From NCBI GenBank assembly GCA_009380075.1, contig WHSO01000001.1, forward strand, positions 108,266 through 172,265: a stretch of DNA of 64,000 nucleotides, read 5' to 3'. The stretch comes from Alphaproteobacteria bacterium (GTDB taxonomy: Bacteria > Pseudomonadota > Alphaproteobacteria > SMXQ01). The position numbers and the translations under genes were made by a program. Shown here piece by piece: positions 20,038 to 30,995 of this stretch. The notes beneath the pieces are model-generated. The model saw only the letters and a list, made by a program, of their open reading frames with translations. It made no database searches and had not been told where the DNA came from. The first letter of the stretch is position 1. The number at the start of each line of letters is the position of its first letter.

Positions 20038-21570
20038 ATGAAGATTGTGTTTTCCGATGCCGCCCTCGCGAAGACCGGCGCCGTGGTTGTCCTCGCCGTG
20101 GAAGGTGCGGCCAAGTCCGACGCCGCGGTTGCCCGGTTGACCCCGGCGGGGGCGACGCTCGATAGCGAATGGGGTGGAGCCATTTCACGCGCCGTCGCCG
20201 CCGCCCGATTCAAGGGGGGTAAGGGTAAGGCTCTATCGGTATTCGCGCCCGTGGCGGGAGGTCCCCCGGTGGTGGTCGTGGCGGGCCTCGGCAAGGCCGA
20301 AAAGATCAACGTCCTCGCGGCCGAGGCGGCCGGCGGCGCGGCCTATGGGGAGCTCGCCCGGAGTGGCAATACGGCGGCTGCGCTGGCGGTGGAGCTGCCC
20401 AAAGGCGCACGCAAACTACGGCTGGCGGATTTCGCTGCCGCGGTCGCCTTCGGCGCGCGCCTCCGCAGTTATCGCTTCGACAAGTACCGCACCAAGGAAA
20501 AACCCGACGACAAGCCGCAGCTCGCGATCCTGACGCTTCACGTCAAGGGCGCGGCAGCGGCCCGGAGGGCCTACGCACCTTATGAAGCGGTCGGCGAGGG
20601 TGTCGTCCTGTCCCGCGACCTGGCGTCCGAGCCGGCCAACGTGATCTATCCGGAGTCGCTCGCCGGCGAGGCACAGAAGCTTGGCAAGCTTGGTGTCAAG
20701 GTCGAGGTTCTGGATGAAAAAAAGATGAAGCAACTCGGCTTCGGTGCTCTTCTCGGCGTTGCCCAGGGCAGTGCGCGTCCGCCACGTCTCGTTGTCATGC
20801 GCTGGTCGGGCGGGCCCAGGACCGGACCGAAGGCGCAGCCGATCGCCATTATTGGCAAGGGCGTGACCTTCGATTCCGGAGGCATCTCGATCAAGCCCTC
20901 AAAGGGCATGGAGGACATGAAATGGGACATGGGCGGCGCCGGGGTGGTCATCGGCCTGATGAAGGCGCTCGCGGGCCGAAGGGCACGGACCAACGTCGTC
21001 GGCGTCATCGGCTGCGTCGAGAACATGCCGTCGGGAACCGCGCAACGGCCGGGTGACATCGTCACGTCCTATTCCGGGCAAACCATCGAGGTCCTCAATA
21101 CCGATGCCGAAGGCCGCCTCGTTCTTGCCGACGCCCTGTGGTACTGCCAGGAGAAATTCAAGCCGCGCCTGATGATCGATCTCGCGACGCTGACCGGCGC
21201 CATCATTGTCGCCTTGGGGCACGTGCATGCAGGACTGTTTTCCAACAACAACCGCCTCGCCCGGCAACTGGAAGAGGCGGGGAAGGCGGTGGGCGAGCGT
21301 CTGTGGCGCCTGCCGCTGGACGAGGCGTACGACCGGGCGATGGATTCGAAGGTGGCTGACGTCCAGAACATTTCTTCCGGTGGCGGCGGCGGGTCGATCA
21401 CCGCGGCACAATTCCTCCAGCGTTTCGTCAATGATGTGACATGGGCGCATCTCGACATCGCCGGCGTCACGTGGTCGTCGAAGGATGAACCTACCGTGCC
21501 CCGCGGCGGCACTGGATTCGGTGTCCGCCTGCTGGATCGCCTGATCTCCAACCATTACGAAGGCAGGTAG
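20038..21570 (+). CDS. pepA: Leucyl (cytosol) aminopeptidase
   Basis: M17 peptidase motifs (…IGKGVTFDSGGISIKPS…, …NTDAEGRLVLADAL…). The gene is divergent from lptF. Confidence 0.92.
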   Translation: MKIVFSDAALAKTGAVVVLAVEGAAKSDAAVARLTPAGATLDSEWGGAISRAVAAARFKGGKGKALSVFAPVAGGPPVVVVAGLGKAEKINVLAAEAAGGAAYGELARSGNTAAALAVELPKGARKLRLADFAAAVAFGARLRSYRFDKYRTKEKPDDKPQLAILTLHVKGAAAARRAYAPYEAVGEGVVLSRDLASEPANVIYPESLAGEAQKLGKLGVKVEVLDEKKMKQLGFGALLGVAQGSARPPRLVVMRWSGGPRTGPKAQPIAIIGKGVTFDSGGISIKPSKGMEDMKWDMGGAGVVIGLMKALAGRRARTNVVGVIGCVENMPSGTAQRPGDIVTSYSGQTIEVLNTDAEGRLVLADALWYCQEKFKPRLMIDLATLTGAIIVALGHVHAGLFSNNNRLARQLEEAGKAVGERLWRLPLDEAYDRAMDSKVADVQNISSGGGGGSITAAQFLQRFVNDVTWAHLDIAGVTWSSKDEPTVPRGGTGFGVRLLDRLISNHYEGR

Positions 21571-21575
21571 GGGCC

Positions 21576-22028
21576 TTGGCCGAGGTTTCGTTCTACCATC
21601 TCGAGCGTTCCAGTCTGGAATCCGTGCTACCCAAGCTGCTGGAAAAGGTCCTGGCGGCAGGACTCAAGGCCGTGGTCAAGCTCGGTTCGGCCGAACGGGC
21701 GGAAGCGATCAACGGCTTGCTGTGGACCTACGAGCAAGGCGCGTTCCTGCCGCATGGTTCTGGCGTCGACGGCAATGGCCCGGAACAGCCGATCTGGCTT
21801 ACGGACGGGGACGACAACCCGGCCGGCGCGACCGTCCTCGTCCTTGCCGACGGGGCCGAATCTTCAGCGATCGCGGGATACGATCGCTGCCTCGAACTGT
21901 TCGACGGCCGCGACGAGACGGCCCTCGGCGCGACGCGGGCTCACTGGAAAACGTACAAGGAACAGGGATTTTCCCTGACCTACCTGCGCCAGACCCCGGC
22001 GGGCGGATGGGAGAAGCAGGATATCTGA
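21576..22028 (+). CDS. holC: DNA polymerase III chi subunit
   Basis: 150 aa beginning MAEVSFYHLERSSLESVLPKLLEK.... The pepA-holC adjacency matches the E. coli arrangement. Confidence 0.8.
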   Translation: MAEVSFYHLERSSLESVLPKLLEKVLAAGLKAVVKLGSAERAEAINGLLWTYEQGAFLPHGSGVDGNGPEQPIWLTDGDDNPAGATVLVLADGAESSAIAGYDRCLELFDGRDETALGATRAHWKTYKEQGFSLTYLRQTPAGGWEKQDI

Positions 22029-22104
22029 CCGGCCGCCGTCGCGCTCTTGCCCCGGCCCGCCGATCCGTCTATAAGGCCGCCGCAAACCCAAGGAGCGCAA
22101 CCCG

Positions 22105-22527
22105 ATGGCCATCGAACGGACCTTCTCCATCATCAAGCCCGACGCCACCCGCCGTAACTTCACGGGGGAGATCACCGCGCGGTTCGAAAAAGGCGGCTTG
22201 CGCATCGTCGCCCAAAAGCGCCTGTGGCTGACCCGTGGCCAGGCCGAGGCCTTCTACGCCGTTCACAAGGAGCGGCCGTTCTTTAACGATCTCTGCAATT
22301 TCATGATTTCGGGGCCGATCGTCGTCCAGGTCCTGGAAGGCGAGAACGCCATCGCCCGCAATCGGGAGATGATGGGCGCCACCAACCCGGCAAACGCGGC
22401 ACCGGGGACCATCCGCAAGGACTTCGCCGAATCGATCGAAGCCAATTCGGTGCACGGCTCCGACGGGCCCGAGACGGCGGCGCAGGAGATCGCGTTCTTC
22501 TTTTCGGGACTCGAAATCGTCGGTTAA
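22105..22527 (+). CDS. ndk: Nucleoside diphosphate kinase
   Basis: [17 protein letters not shown]... with the NSVHGSD active-site His region. Confidence 0.95.
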   Translation: MAIERTFSIIKPDATRRNFTGEITARFEKGGLRIVAQKRLWLTRGQAEAFYAVHKERPFFNDLCNFMISGPIVVQVLEGENAIARNREMMGATNPANAAPGTIRKDFAESIEANSVHGSDGPETAAQEIAFFFSGLEIVG

Positions 22528-22535
22528 CCGGCGAT

Positions 22536-22563
22536 CCCCGGATCGAACGCGGGTTCGCCGGGG
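22536..22563. terminator. GC-rich nested stem-loop. Likely a bidirectional terminator between ndk (+) and the convergent small ORF (-).
   Basis: CCCCGG-at-CGAAC-gcgg-GTTCG-c-CCGGGG. An outer 6-bp stem encloses an inner 5-bp stem, starting 8 nt after the ndk stop. Confidence 0.5.
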
Positions 22564-22593
22564 TTGCGGGGTCCTGTGCAGGCGTGTTTGGTC

Positions 22594-22716
22594 CTAGACC
22601 AGGAACAATCGCATCAGGAGCAGGACCACGGCGATGCCCGCGGCGCTATAGAAGATGAGCCGCGTGAAATTCTTCCACGTTTCCTCGTGGGATTTCAGAT
22701 CGTGCGTATCGGCCAT
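22594..22716 (-). CDS. 40-aa small membrane protein resembling bacterial aa3-type cytochrome c oxidase subunit IV (COX4_pro_2-like). It is not in the supplied ORF track.
   Basis: Translation is MADTHDLKSHEETWKNFTRLIFYSAAGIAVVLLLMRLFLV. This has the H-x-x-T-[WY]-x-x-F pattern and a single C-terminal TM helix typical of the family. It lies 102 nt downstream of purN on the same strand. Confidence 0.45.
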   Translation of the reverse strand: MADTHDLKSHEETWKNFTRLIFYSAAGIAVVLLLMRLFLV

Positions 22717-22818
22717 CCGTCGTTCCTTCGTCTGCGGTGATCCTGTCGGTCTCGCCGGGTTGATATAATCGCCGTCGCGCCAAAAATAAAGTCTCTATCG
22801 CATGCGCCGCGGTCCCGC

Positions 22819-23459
22819 TCAGTCGCGGTCGTCGGGCGACAGCAGCGTCCGGCCCGGGTCGCCCGCCGCACCGCCTGCCCAGGGCGCGGCGATGTTCGCC
22901 CGGCCCTCGGCGACCAGGCGCAGCGCCAGCGGATAGATACGGTGTTCCACGGCCTGGATGCGCCGGGACAGTGCCGCGGTGTCGTCGCCGGGCAGCACCG
23001 GAACGGCGCCTTGCACGATGATCGGCCCGGCATCCATCTCGGGGACGACGAAGTGCACCGTCGCGCCGGAGATGCGGACGCCCGCGCGGATGGCCTGGCC
23101 CTGCGCGTCCAGTCCGCGAAAGGCGGGCAACAGCGACGGATGGATGTTGATCATCCGCCCGCGCCAACTTTCGACGAAATCCGTGGTCAGGATGCGCATG
23201 AACCCGGCCAGGCAGACGAGTTCGCAGCCGGCGTCCGTCAGCGCCTCGTGCAGTGCCGCGTCGAAATCGTCGCGGCTCGCGTAGTCCCTGTGGAGGATCA
23301 CGCGAATCGGGATTCCGGCCCGCCGCGCGCGCTCGAGGCCGAAGGCGTCCGCCACGTTGGCGATCACCAGGACGATCTCCGCCGGGTAGGCGGAATCGCG
23401 CGCGGCGTCCACCAATGCCTGCAGGTTCGTGCCCGAGCCCGAGATCAGGGCGGCGGTTT

Positions 23460-23472
<13 letters not shown>
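22819..23472 (-). CDS. purN: Phosphoribosylglycinamide formyltransferase
   Basis: [13 protein letters not shown]..., then ...LAGFMRIL... and [11 protein letters not shown]. It overlaps purM by 13 nt. Confidence 0.92.
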
Positions 23473-24515
<1,043 letters not shown>

Positions 24516-24625
24516 GCGCTTAATGGCTTCCTCCCCGCCTCATCCATGATAAATTGCGCCCCGCGAAGAAGGGACACGCCCGCGCTTGTGCGGCGGCCAA
24601 CATAATGTATCCGCGGCGGTTTGTA

Positions 24626-25900
24626 ATGACCCATTCGTGCCTCATAGCCGCGCAGCCGCGCGGCGACCGGCGGGCATCCGCCGCCGGCGCGGAACGCGCG
24701 CCGGACTCAAGGGAAGGCGGCTCCGCCGCCGCCGGCGTTCCGCGCCGTGCCCGGGACATTCTCGTCCTGCTGGCGGCCATTGCGCTTGCGGTCCTGCCGC
24801 CCGGGGCCGCGCGGGCATCCGATCCGGAGGTGTTTACGGTCCGCGGCGTGACCGTTGACGCGACCGCCGGTTCGGCCATCGAGGCGCGCGAACAGGCGCT
24901 GGCTGCGGGGCAGGCGGCGGCACTCGGCCGCCTGTTCACGCGCCTGACCCTTGCGTCGGATCGCCAGAAGCTCCCGGTCCTTGGCACCGACAGGATCAAC
25001 GATCTGGTCAAGGATTTCGAGGTCTCCGACGAAAAGACCTCGGCCGTTCGCTATCTCGCCTCCCTGACGGTGCGTTTCAAGCCCGACATCGTGCGCACCT
25101 TCCTGCGGGAACAAGGTACCGGATTCGCCGAAAGCCCGTCCAAGCCGCTCCTGGTCCTGCCGGTGATGGAGGTGGCGGGCGCGCTGGCCCTGTGGGACGA
25201 CCCCAATCCCTGGCGCGAGGCGTGGAACAGGCTGCCGCCATCCGACGGACTGGTCCCGCTGATGCGGCCGAAGGGCGACCTGCAGGATGTGGCGATCATC
25301 GGCGCCGAACAAGCCGTGCGCGGCGACGCCGGCCGTCTCGCCGCCATCGCCGGGCGCTATGGCGCGGCGGACGTGCTGGTGGCACGGGCCGGCATGCGCA
25401 GTCCGGAAGGCGCCATGATCCAAAGCGGCAGCGGCCCTTGGCTGCAGGTGACACTCAGCCGTATCGGCGTCGTTCCGCTGGAGCAGGCCCGTGTCGAGGC
25501 GTTCCATCCCGAAGCGGGGGAATCGATGGAAGCGCTGCTCGCGCGTGCCGCACAGGCCATAGCGGCCCAGGTCCAGGAGGAATGGATACGCAGCAACCGC
25601 CTTCGTTTCGATACCGGGGATGAGTTGAACGTCGATGTGCGCCTGACGTCCCTTGCGCAATGGCTCGAGATTAAGGCGAAGCTTGAAACCGTGCCGTTCA
25701 TCCGTCAGACCAACCTGACCTTCCTCTCCCGCAAGGGCGCGCGCATACGGGTCAATTTCATTGGTGACGAAGAGCAGCTTCGCCTTGCCCTGATCCAGAA
25801 CGACCTGGTGCTGGAACGCTCGGCCACATCGCTGGTGCTGCGTCTCCGTACTTCGTCTACCGACGGCGACAATGACACGACAAAGACAAATGTGCCGTGA
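24626..25900 (+). CDS. DUF2066-family secreted protein
   Basis: Signal peptide ILVLLAAIALAVLPPGAARA. The sequence and its position in the purM / DUF2066 / CDP-alcohol phosphatidyltransferase / AI-2E / hdaA cluster are conserved in Alphaproteobacteria. The start is uncertain; the ORF is open from 24554. Confidence 0.6.
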   Translation: MTHSCLIAAQPRGDRRASAAGAERAPDSREGGSAAAGVPRRARDILVLLAAIALAVLPPGAARASDPEVFTVRGVTVDATAGSAIEAREQALAAGQAAALGRLFTRLTLASDRQKLPVLGTDRINDLVKDFEVSDEKTSAVRYLASLTVRFKPDIVRTFLREQGTGFAESPSKPLLVLPVMEVAGALALWDDPNPWREAWNRLPPSDGLVPLMRPKGDLQDVAIIGAEQAVRGDAGRLAAIAGRYGAADVLVARAGMRSPEGAMIQSGSGPWLQVTLSRIGVVPLEQARVEAFHPEAGESMEALLARAAQAIAAQVQEEWIRSNRLRFDTGDELNVDVRLTSLAQWLEIKAKLETVPFIRQTNLTFLSRKGARIRVNFIGDEEQLRLALIQNDLVLERSATSLVLRLRTSSTDGDNDTTKTNVP

Positions 25901-26442
25901 ACATCCCCAATTTCATTAGTCTGGCGCGCCTGTTCTCGGTGCCCGTCCTGGTCTGGGCCGTTTCCGACGGCCGCATGATGCTGGCGTTCTGGCTGTTCGT
26001 CGCGGCCGGCATTTCGGACGCGGTTGACGGTTTCATCGCCAAGCGCTTCAATTTCACCACGAAGCTCGGCAGTTTTCTGGACCCGCTCGCGGACAAGGCG
26101 CTCCTGGTCAGCATTTACATCGTATTGGGGATCGAGAACCACCTGCCGACGTGGCTCGTGATCCTGGTCGTATGGCGCGACCTGCTGATCGTCGGCGGCG
26201 CCATGCTCTATCATACCCTGACACAGAGGCTGACCATGGAACCGCTGCTGGTCAGCAAGGTCAATACCGTGGCGCAGATCGTCCTCGCCGCCTACGTGCT
26301 GGCGACGCGGGCGCTCGGCGTCGCCGACATCTGGGTCTACAAGGCGTTGATCGGCGTCGTCGCCCTGACCACGGTGTTGTCGGGGGCAAGCTATGTCGTA
26401 GGCTGGATCCGGAAAGCAGGATCTATGGAGAAACCGCGATGA
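25897..26442 (+). CDS. CDP-alcohol phosphatidyltransferase family protein (PgsA-like)
   Basis: GTG start overlapping the upstream stop (GTGA). The CDP-OH phosphatidyltransferase motif DAVDGFIAKRFNFTTKLGSFLDPLADK and multiple TM helices are present. Confidence 0.8.
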   Translation: MNIPNFISLARLFSVPVLVWAVSDGRMMLAFWLFVAAGISDAVDGFIAKRFNFTTKLGSFLDPLADKALLVSIYIVLGIENHLPTWLVILVVWRDLLIVGGAMLYHTLTQRLTMEPLLVSKVNTVAQIVLAAYVLATRALGVADIWVYKALIGVVALTTVLSGASYVVGWIRKAGSMEKPR

Positions 26443-27509
26443 CGGCGACCCGGCAGCTCGTGTTCTGGGGCATCGGCATCGTCCTTCTGGGGCTGGCGCT
26501 CCAAGTTCTGTCGCCCATCCTGCTGCCTTTCGTGGTGGGCGTGGCGGTCGCGTATTTCCTTGATCCCGCGGTGTTGTGGCTGGGCCGCCGCAAGGTCAAC
26601 CGGACGCTCGCCACCGTTCTTATCCTGACCCTGTTCTTCGGCGCCATCATCGTGGCCCTGGCGTTTATCGCGCCCCTGGTGCAATCGCAGGTCGTCGGCT
26701 TCATCAAGCAGGCGCCGGAATTATTCAGGGCGCTCCAGGACCGGGCGCTCCGCCTGCTGGCGCGCGCCTCTCAGGAGTTGTCGCCCGAGAACGTTGAACA
26801 GCTCAAGGCGGCCGCGGGCGGGCTTGCGGGCAACGCCCTCAAGTTCGCGGGTGAGATCGCGACCAGGCTCTGGGCGGGTGGGCTCGCCTTCCTCAACCTG
26901 TTGTCGCTGGTGTTCATTTCTCCGGTGGTTGCCTTCTACGTGTTGCGCGACTGGGACCGGATCGTCGCCAGGGTCGACAATTGGCTGCCGCGCGAACATG
27001 CGTCGACGATTCGCCGGCTGGTCGCCGAAGCGGACGCGATGATCGCCGGCTACGTGCGCGGGATTTCGACGGTCTGCATCGTCCTTGCCATATTCTACGG
27101 CGTGGCGCTGACCCTGATCGGCCTAGACTTCGGCTTGGTCATCGGGCTCATGTCGGGTCTCATTTCCTTCATTCCTTTTGTCGGTGCCGCCGTCGGTTTT
27201 GTCGTGGGCGTCGGCGTTGCCGTCGTCCAGTTCGGAGAGGTGATGCCGGTGGCAATCACGGCCGCGGTATTCGTGGCGGGGCAGGTGCTGGAGGGCAACG
27301 TCCTCACCCCAAAACTTGTGGGTGATCGCATTCAGCTACACCCCGTCTGGGTGATCTTCGCCCTGTTGGCCGGCGGTCTCCTGTTTGGATTTGTCGGTGT
27401 GCTGCTGGCGGTGCCGGTGGCGGCGGTCGTCGGCGTGCTGGCGCGGTTCTTTATCGGCGAATACCTGAAAAGCCGGATCTACCGCGGCGGCGACGGACCC
27501 GGAGCGTGA
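26439..27509 (+). CDS. AI-2E family transporter (PerM/UPF0118)
   Basis: ATG overlapping the upstream stop (ATGA). Product MTATRQLVFWGIGIVLLGLALQVLSPILLPFVVGVAVAYFLDP... is a polytopic AI-2E-type permease. The 5' extension of the track ORF from 26151 is spurious. Confidence 0.8.
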   Translation: MTATRQLVFWGIGIVLLGLALQVLSPILLPFVVGVAVAYFLDPAVLWLGRRKVNRTLATVLILTLFFGAIIVALAFIAPLVQSQVVGFIKQAPELFRALQDRALRLLARASQELSPENVEQLKAAAGGLAGNALKFAGEIATRLWAGGLAFLNLLSLVFISPVVAFYVLRDWDRIVARVDNWLPREHASTIRRLVAEADAMIAGYVRGISTVCIVLAIFYGVALTLIGLDFGLVIGLMSGLISFIPFVGAAVGFVVGVGVAVVQFGEVMPVAITAAVFVAGQVLEGNVLTPKLVGDRIQLHPVWVIFALLAGGLLFGFVGVLLAVPVAAVVGVLARFFIGEYLKSRIYRGGDGPGA

Positions 27510-27514
27510 CCGTC

Positions 27515-28201
27515 ATGGCGCGCACGAGCCAATTTGCGCTGCCATTCGATCACAGGCCGAGCCTGAGCGGAGCCGATTTCCTGGTCAGTCCCTGCAACAG
27601 CGGTGCCGTGGCGTGGATCGACCGCTGGCCGGACTGGCCGGGTCCCGTTCTGGCATTTGCGGGGCCCCAGGCATCCGGCAAGACGCACCTGGCGTCCGTG
27701 TTCGCCGCCCGCACCGGAGCCGCAGTGGTGGCTGCCGGGAATCTCGAGGCTGCACGGCCGGCGGAGCTCGCGTCGTCGGCGTCGCCCCTGATCATCGATG
27801 ACGCCCAGAATCTGGCCGGTAACGCCGCCGGCGAACGGGCCTTGTTTCACCTGATCAATTACCTCGCCGGACAGAAGGGCCGCCTGCTTCTCTGTGGGGT
27901 CGCGCCGCCGGCGCGCTGGAAAGTGAATCTGCCGGACCTTGCGTCGCGCCTGAATGCGCTGCCGGTCGCCGAAATCGGCCCTCCCGACGATGAACTGATG
28001 GCGGCGCTCGTGGTCAAGCTGTTCGCCGATCGCCAGCTTCAGGTCGGGACCGACGTGGTGTCGTTCATGGTGACCCGCATGGAACGCAGCTTCACGGCCG
28101 CGCGTGCCCTTGTTGCCGCGGTCGATGCCCGGGCACTCGAATCACGGCGCGCCGTCACCGTGCCGCTCGTGCGTGAGGTGATGCAGGGGTTTCAGGACTG
28201 A
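27515..28201 (+). CDS. hdaA: DnaA-related regulatory inactivator HdaA
   Basis: MARTSQFALPFDHRPSLSGADFLVSPCN...PVLAFAGPQASGKTHLASVF is a Hda/DnaA-like AAA+ fragment with an N-terminal QLALPF-type clamp-binding-like motif. Confidence 0.8.
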   Translation: MARTSQFALPFDHRPSLSGADFLVSPCNSGAVAWIDRWPDWPGPVLAFAGPQASGKTHLASVFAARTGAAVVAAGNLEAARPAELASSASPLIIDDAQNLAGNAAGERALFHLINYLAGQKGRLLLCGVAPPARWKVNLPDLASRLNALPVAEIGPPDDELMAALVVKLFADRQLQVGTDVVSFMVTRMERSFTAARALVAAVDARALESRRAVTVPLVREVMQGFQD

Positions 28202-28731
28202 TGAAGGTCGCGGGCAAGAATCACGGTCTCGAGATTCGCGGTGCGCGGGCCGATATCGGCCCAGTCGTTGGCCGCACAATGGAACACGGCGAGTGCACAG
28301 GTCGGAAATCCCCCGGTCAGGCGGGCCGCGGCGGTGCTTTCCTCGCCGGCGGAGAGGGCACAGGCCAGTTCATGCAGGCCTGGATTATGGCCGATGATCA
28401 GGACCGAAGGGAGGTCGTCGTCGAGCGCCGCAAGGCAATCGAGGATCCGGGCCGGGGGTGCAAGGTAGAGCGTGGGTTCGACGCATTCCTCGACCGTGCC
28501 GCCGCCCGCTTCGGCAAGCCCGCGGGAGAAATGCTCGAAGGTCAACCGCGTGCGGCGGGCCGAGGATACGAGGGCACGGGCCGGAACCCAACCGCGCCGG
28601 GCGAATTCGGCGCCCACGGCGACGGCGTCCCGTTTGCCGCGGTGTGTCAGCGCCCTGTCATGATCGGTGCCGCCCTCGGGCGTCGAACTGGATTTCCCAT
28701 GGCGCAAAATATATAACACTTTCATGCCCAT
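28192..28731 (-). CDS. sixA: Phosphohistidine phosphatase SixA (histidine phosphatase superfamily)
   Basis: MGMKVLYILRHGKS… carries the RHG catalytic motif, plus ...HRGKRDA... and ...IIGHNPGLHELA. It is the C-terminal frame of an artificial 951-aa track ORF that is otherwise antisense to ppk. Confidence 0.8.
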   Translation of the reverse strand: MGMKVLYILRHGKSSSTPEGGTDHDRALTHRGKRDAVAVGAEFARRGWVPARALVSSARRTRLTFEHFSRGLAEAGGGTVEECVEPTLYLAPPARILDCLAALDDDLPSVLIIGHNPGLHELACALSAGEESTAAARLTGGFPTCALAVFHCAANDWADIGPRTANLETVILARDLHQS

Positions 28732-28812
28732 AGGGTTCGCTTCGCCCGAGTCCGCCGCCTGTAACCGGAGTGTAGGCATTCTTGGACCGAAATGTGAACT
28801 CCGGGAGACCCA

Positions 28813-30990
28813 TTGATGGACCAGATTTCGAAAGAACCGACCGACGACGCCAGACCCGAAGCGATCGCTGGAATTACGCCGGGTTCCCCGCACCGTTTCC
28901 TGAACCGGGAGCTGTCCTGGCTTGCCTTCAACCAGCGCGTTGTCGAGGAGGCGATGAACGAAGCGCACCCCTTGCTCGAGCGGGTGCGCTTCCTCTCCAT
29001 TTCCGCCTCCAACCACAACGAGTTTTACATGGTTCGCGTGGCCGGACTGGTGGCGCTCCTCAAGGCGGGGTACGCCGCCGTGTCCGACGACGGGATGACG
29101 GTTCAGGAACAGCTCGACGCGATCAGCCGGCATTCGGCGGTCCTGATCGAGCAGCAGCAGGAATGCTGGCGCCTGCTTCGGGGAGCTCTCGCGGAAAAGG
29201 GCCTCGTCGTCGTCCGGCGCGACGACATTACGGACGCGGAGAAGGTCTGGCTCGAACGCTGCTTCATGGAACAGTTGTTCCCGGTCATCACGCCGATCGC
29301 CATCGATCCGACCCATCCGTTCCCCTTCGTACCGAACCTTGGCGTCTGCATGGTGTTTCATCTCCGTCATCCGACCAGCGGGGAAATGCGCGCCCTGGTA
29401 CCGCTGCCGGGTCAGGTGGCGCGTTTCATCCGCCTGCCGGGAGCCGAGGCCCGTTTCATCACCCTGGAAAACCTCATAAGTCTCAACATGTCCATTTTGT
29501 TCCCCGGCTTTGAAGTTCTCGCCCAGGGGCTGTTCCGTGTCATCCGCGACACCGAAGTCGAAATCGAGGACGAGGCGGAAGACCTCATCCGCGTCATTTC
29601 TTCGGCGCTGGAGCGGCGCCGCCGCGGCTCCGCCATACGATTGACGTTCTCCAGCCGGATGCAGCGCGAGCTGCGTGACTTCGTCGTCCGCGAACTCAGG
29701 GTCGCGGGTTCCGACGTCTTTGACGTCGATGGCTTTCTCGGCCTGTCCGATATCAAGGAAATCATCGTCGACACCCGCCCCGACCTCCTGTTCCCGCCGT
29801 TCACCCCGCGCTTTCCCGAACGCATGGAATCGTTCGGCGGGGACGCGTTCGCCGCGATTCGCGGAAAGGACATCATCATTCATCACCCCTACGAGAGCTT
29901 TGACGTCGTGGTGCGTTTCCTGCGCCAGGCGGCACGGGACCCGTCGGTCGTCTCGATCAAGCAGACGCTGTACCGCACCAGCAAGGACAGCCCCGTCGTC
30001 AAGGCCCTGATCGAGGCGGCGGAGGCCGGTAAGTCGGTGACGGCGATGGTCGAGCTCAAGGCCCGTTTCGACGAGGAAGCCAATATCCGCTGGTCGCGCG
30101 ACCTCGAGAGCGCCGGTGCCCAGGTCGTGTTCGGCTTCGTCAATATGAAGACGCACGCCAAGGTTTCCCTGGTGACGCGGCGCGAAGGCGCCGGCCTGCG
30201 CAGCTACGTCCATTTCGGAACCGGGAACTACCATCCCGTGACGGCGCGCATCTACACCGACCTGTCGCTGTTCACGGCCGATCCGGCGCTGTGCCGCGAT
30301 GCGGCGCGCCTGTTCAACCTGATGACCGGTTACGCCCGGCCGATGACGTTCGAGAAAATCGCAGCATCGCCCCTGAATATGCGCGAAACGCTGATCGGAC
30401 TCATTGAGGACGAGATCGCCCATGTCCGTGCCGGTCGGCCCGCGGCCATCTGGGCCAAGATGAACCAGATCGTCGATCCCGATATCATCGACGCCCTGTA
30501 CAAGGCGTCGAACGCGGGGGTCCAGATCGACATGGTGGTCCGGGGCATCTGTTGTCTGCGTCCGGGGGTGGAGGGGCTGTCGGAAAATATCCGCGTTCGC
30601 TCCATCGTCGGTCGCTTCCTGGAACATTCCCGCATCGCGTGCTTCGGTGCGGGCCACGGCCTGCCGTCGGAAAAGGCGAAAGTCTTTATCTCTTCGGCCG
30701 ACTGGATGCCGCGCAACCTCAACTGGAGGATCGAAGCGCTTGTCCCGATCGAAAATCCCACCGTTCACGCCCAGGTTATGGAGCAGGTCATGGGTGTCAG
30801 CCTGCGCGACAACATGCAGTCCTGGCTGGCGCAACCCGACGGCAGCTACCGCCGGATTCATCCGCAGTCGGGAGAAGAACCCTTGAGCGCGCACGAGTAC
30901 TTCATGACACATCCGTCGCTGTCCGGGCGTACCACGCGAGGAGACAAGGCGGCCGGTGGTATCCTCAACCGATTCATCTTCAAAGGCTGA
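28813..30990 (+). CDS. ppk: Polyphosphate kinase 1
   Basis: 725 aa with the PPK1 N-domain (…[20 protein letters not shown]…) and PLD-like C-domains. It is followed by ppx. Confidence 0.92.
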   Translation: MMDQISKEPTDDARPEAIAGITPGSPHRFLNRELSWLAFNQRVVEEAMNEAHPLLERVRFLSISASNHNEFYMVRVAGLVALLKAGYAAVSDDGMTVQEQLDAISRHSAVLIEQQQECWRLLRGALAEKGLVVVRRDDITDAEKVWLERCFMEQLFPVITPIAIDPTHPFPFVPNLGVCMVFHLRHPTSGEMRALVPLPGQVARFIRLPGAEARFITLENLISLNMSILFPGFEVLAQGLFRVIRDTEVEIEDEAEDLIRVISSALERRRRGSAIRLTFSSRMQRELRDFVVRELRVAGSDVFDVDGFLGLSDIKEIIVDTRPDLLFPPFTPRFPERMESFGGDAFAAIRGKDIIIHHPYESFDVVVRFLRQAARDPSVVSIKQTLYRTSKDSPVVKALIEAAEAGKSVTAMVELKARFDEEANIRWSRDLESAGAQVVFGFVNMKTHAKVSLVTRREGAGLRSYVHFGTGNYHPVTARIYTDLSLFTADPALCRDAARLFNLMTGYARPMTFEKIAASPLNMRETLIGLIEDEIAHVRAGRPAAIWAKMNQIVDPDIIDALYKASNAGVQIDMVVRGICCLRPGVEGLSENIRVRSIVGRFLEHSRIACFGAGHGLPSEKAKVFISSADWMPRNLNWRIEALVPIENPTVHAQVMEQVMGVSLRDNMQSWLAQPDGSYRRIHPQSGEEPLSAHEYFMTHPSLSGRTTRGDKAAGGILNRFIFKG

Positions 30991-30995
30991 CCGGA

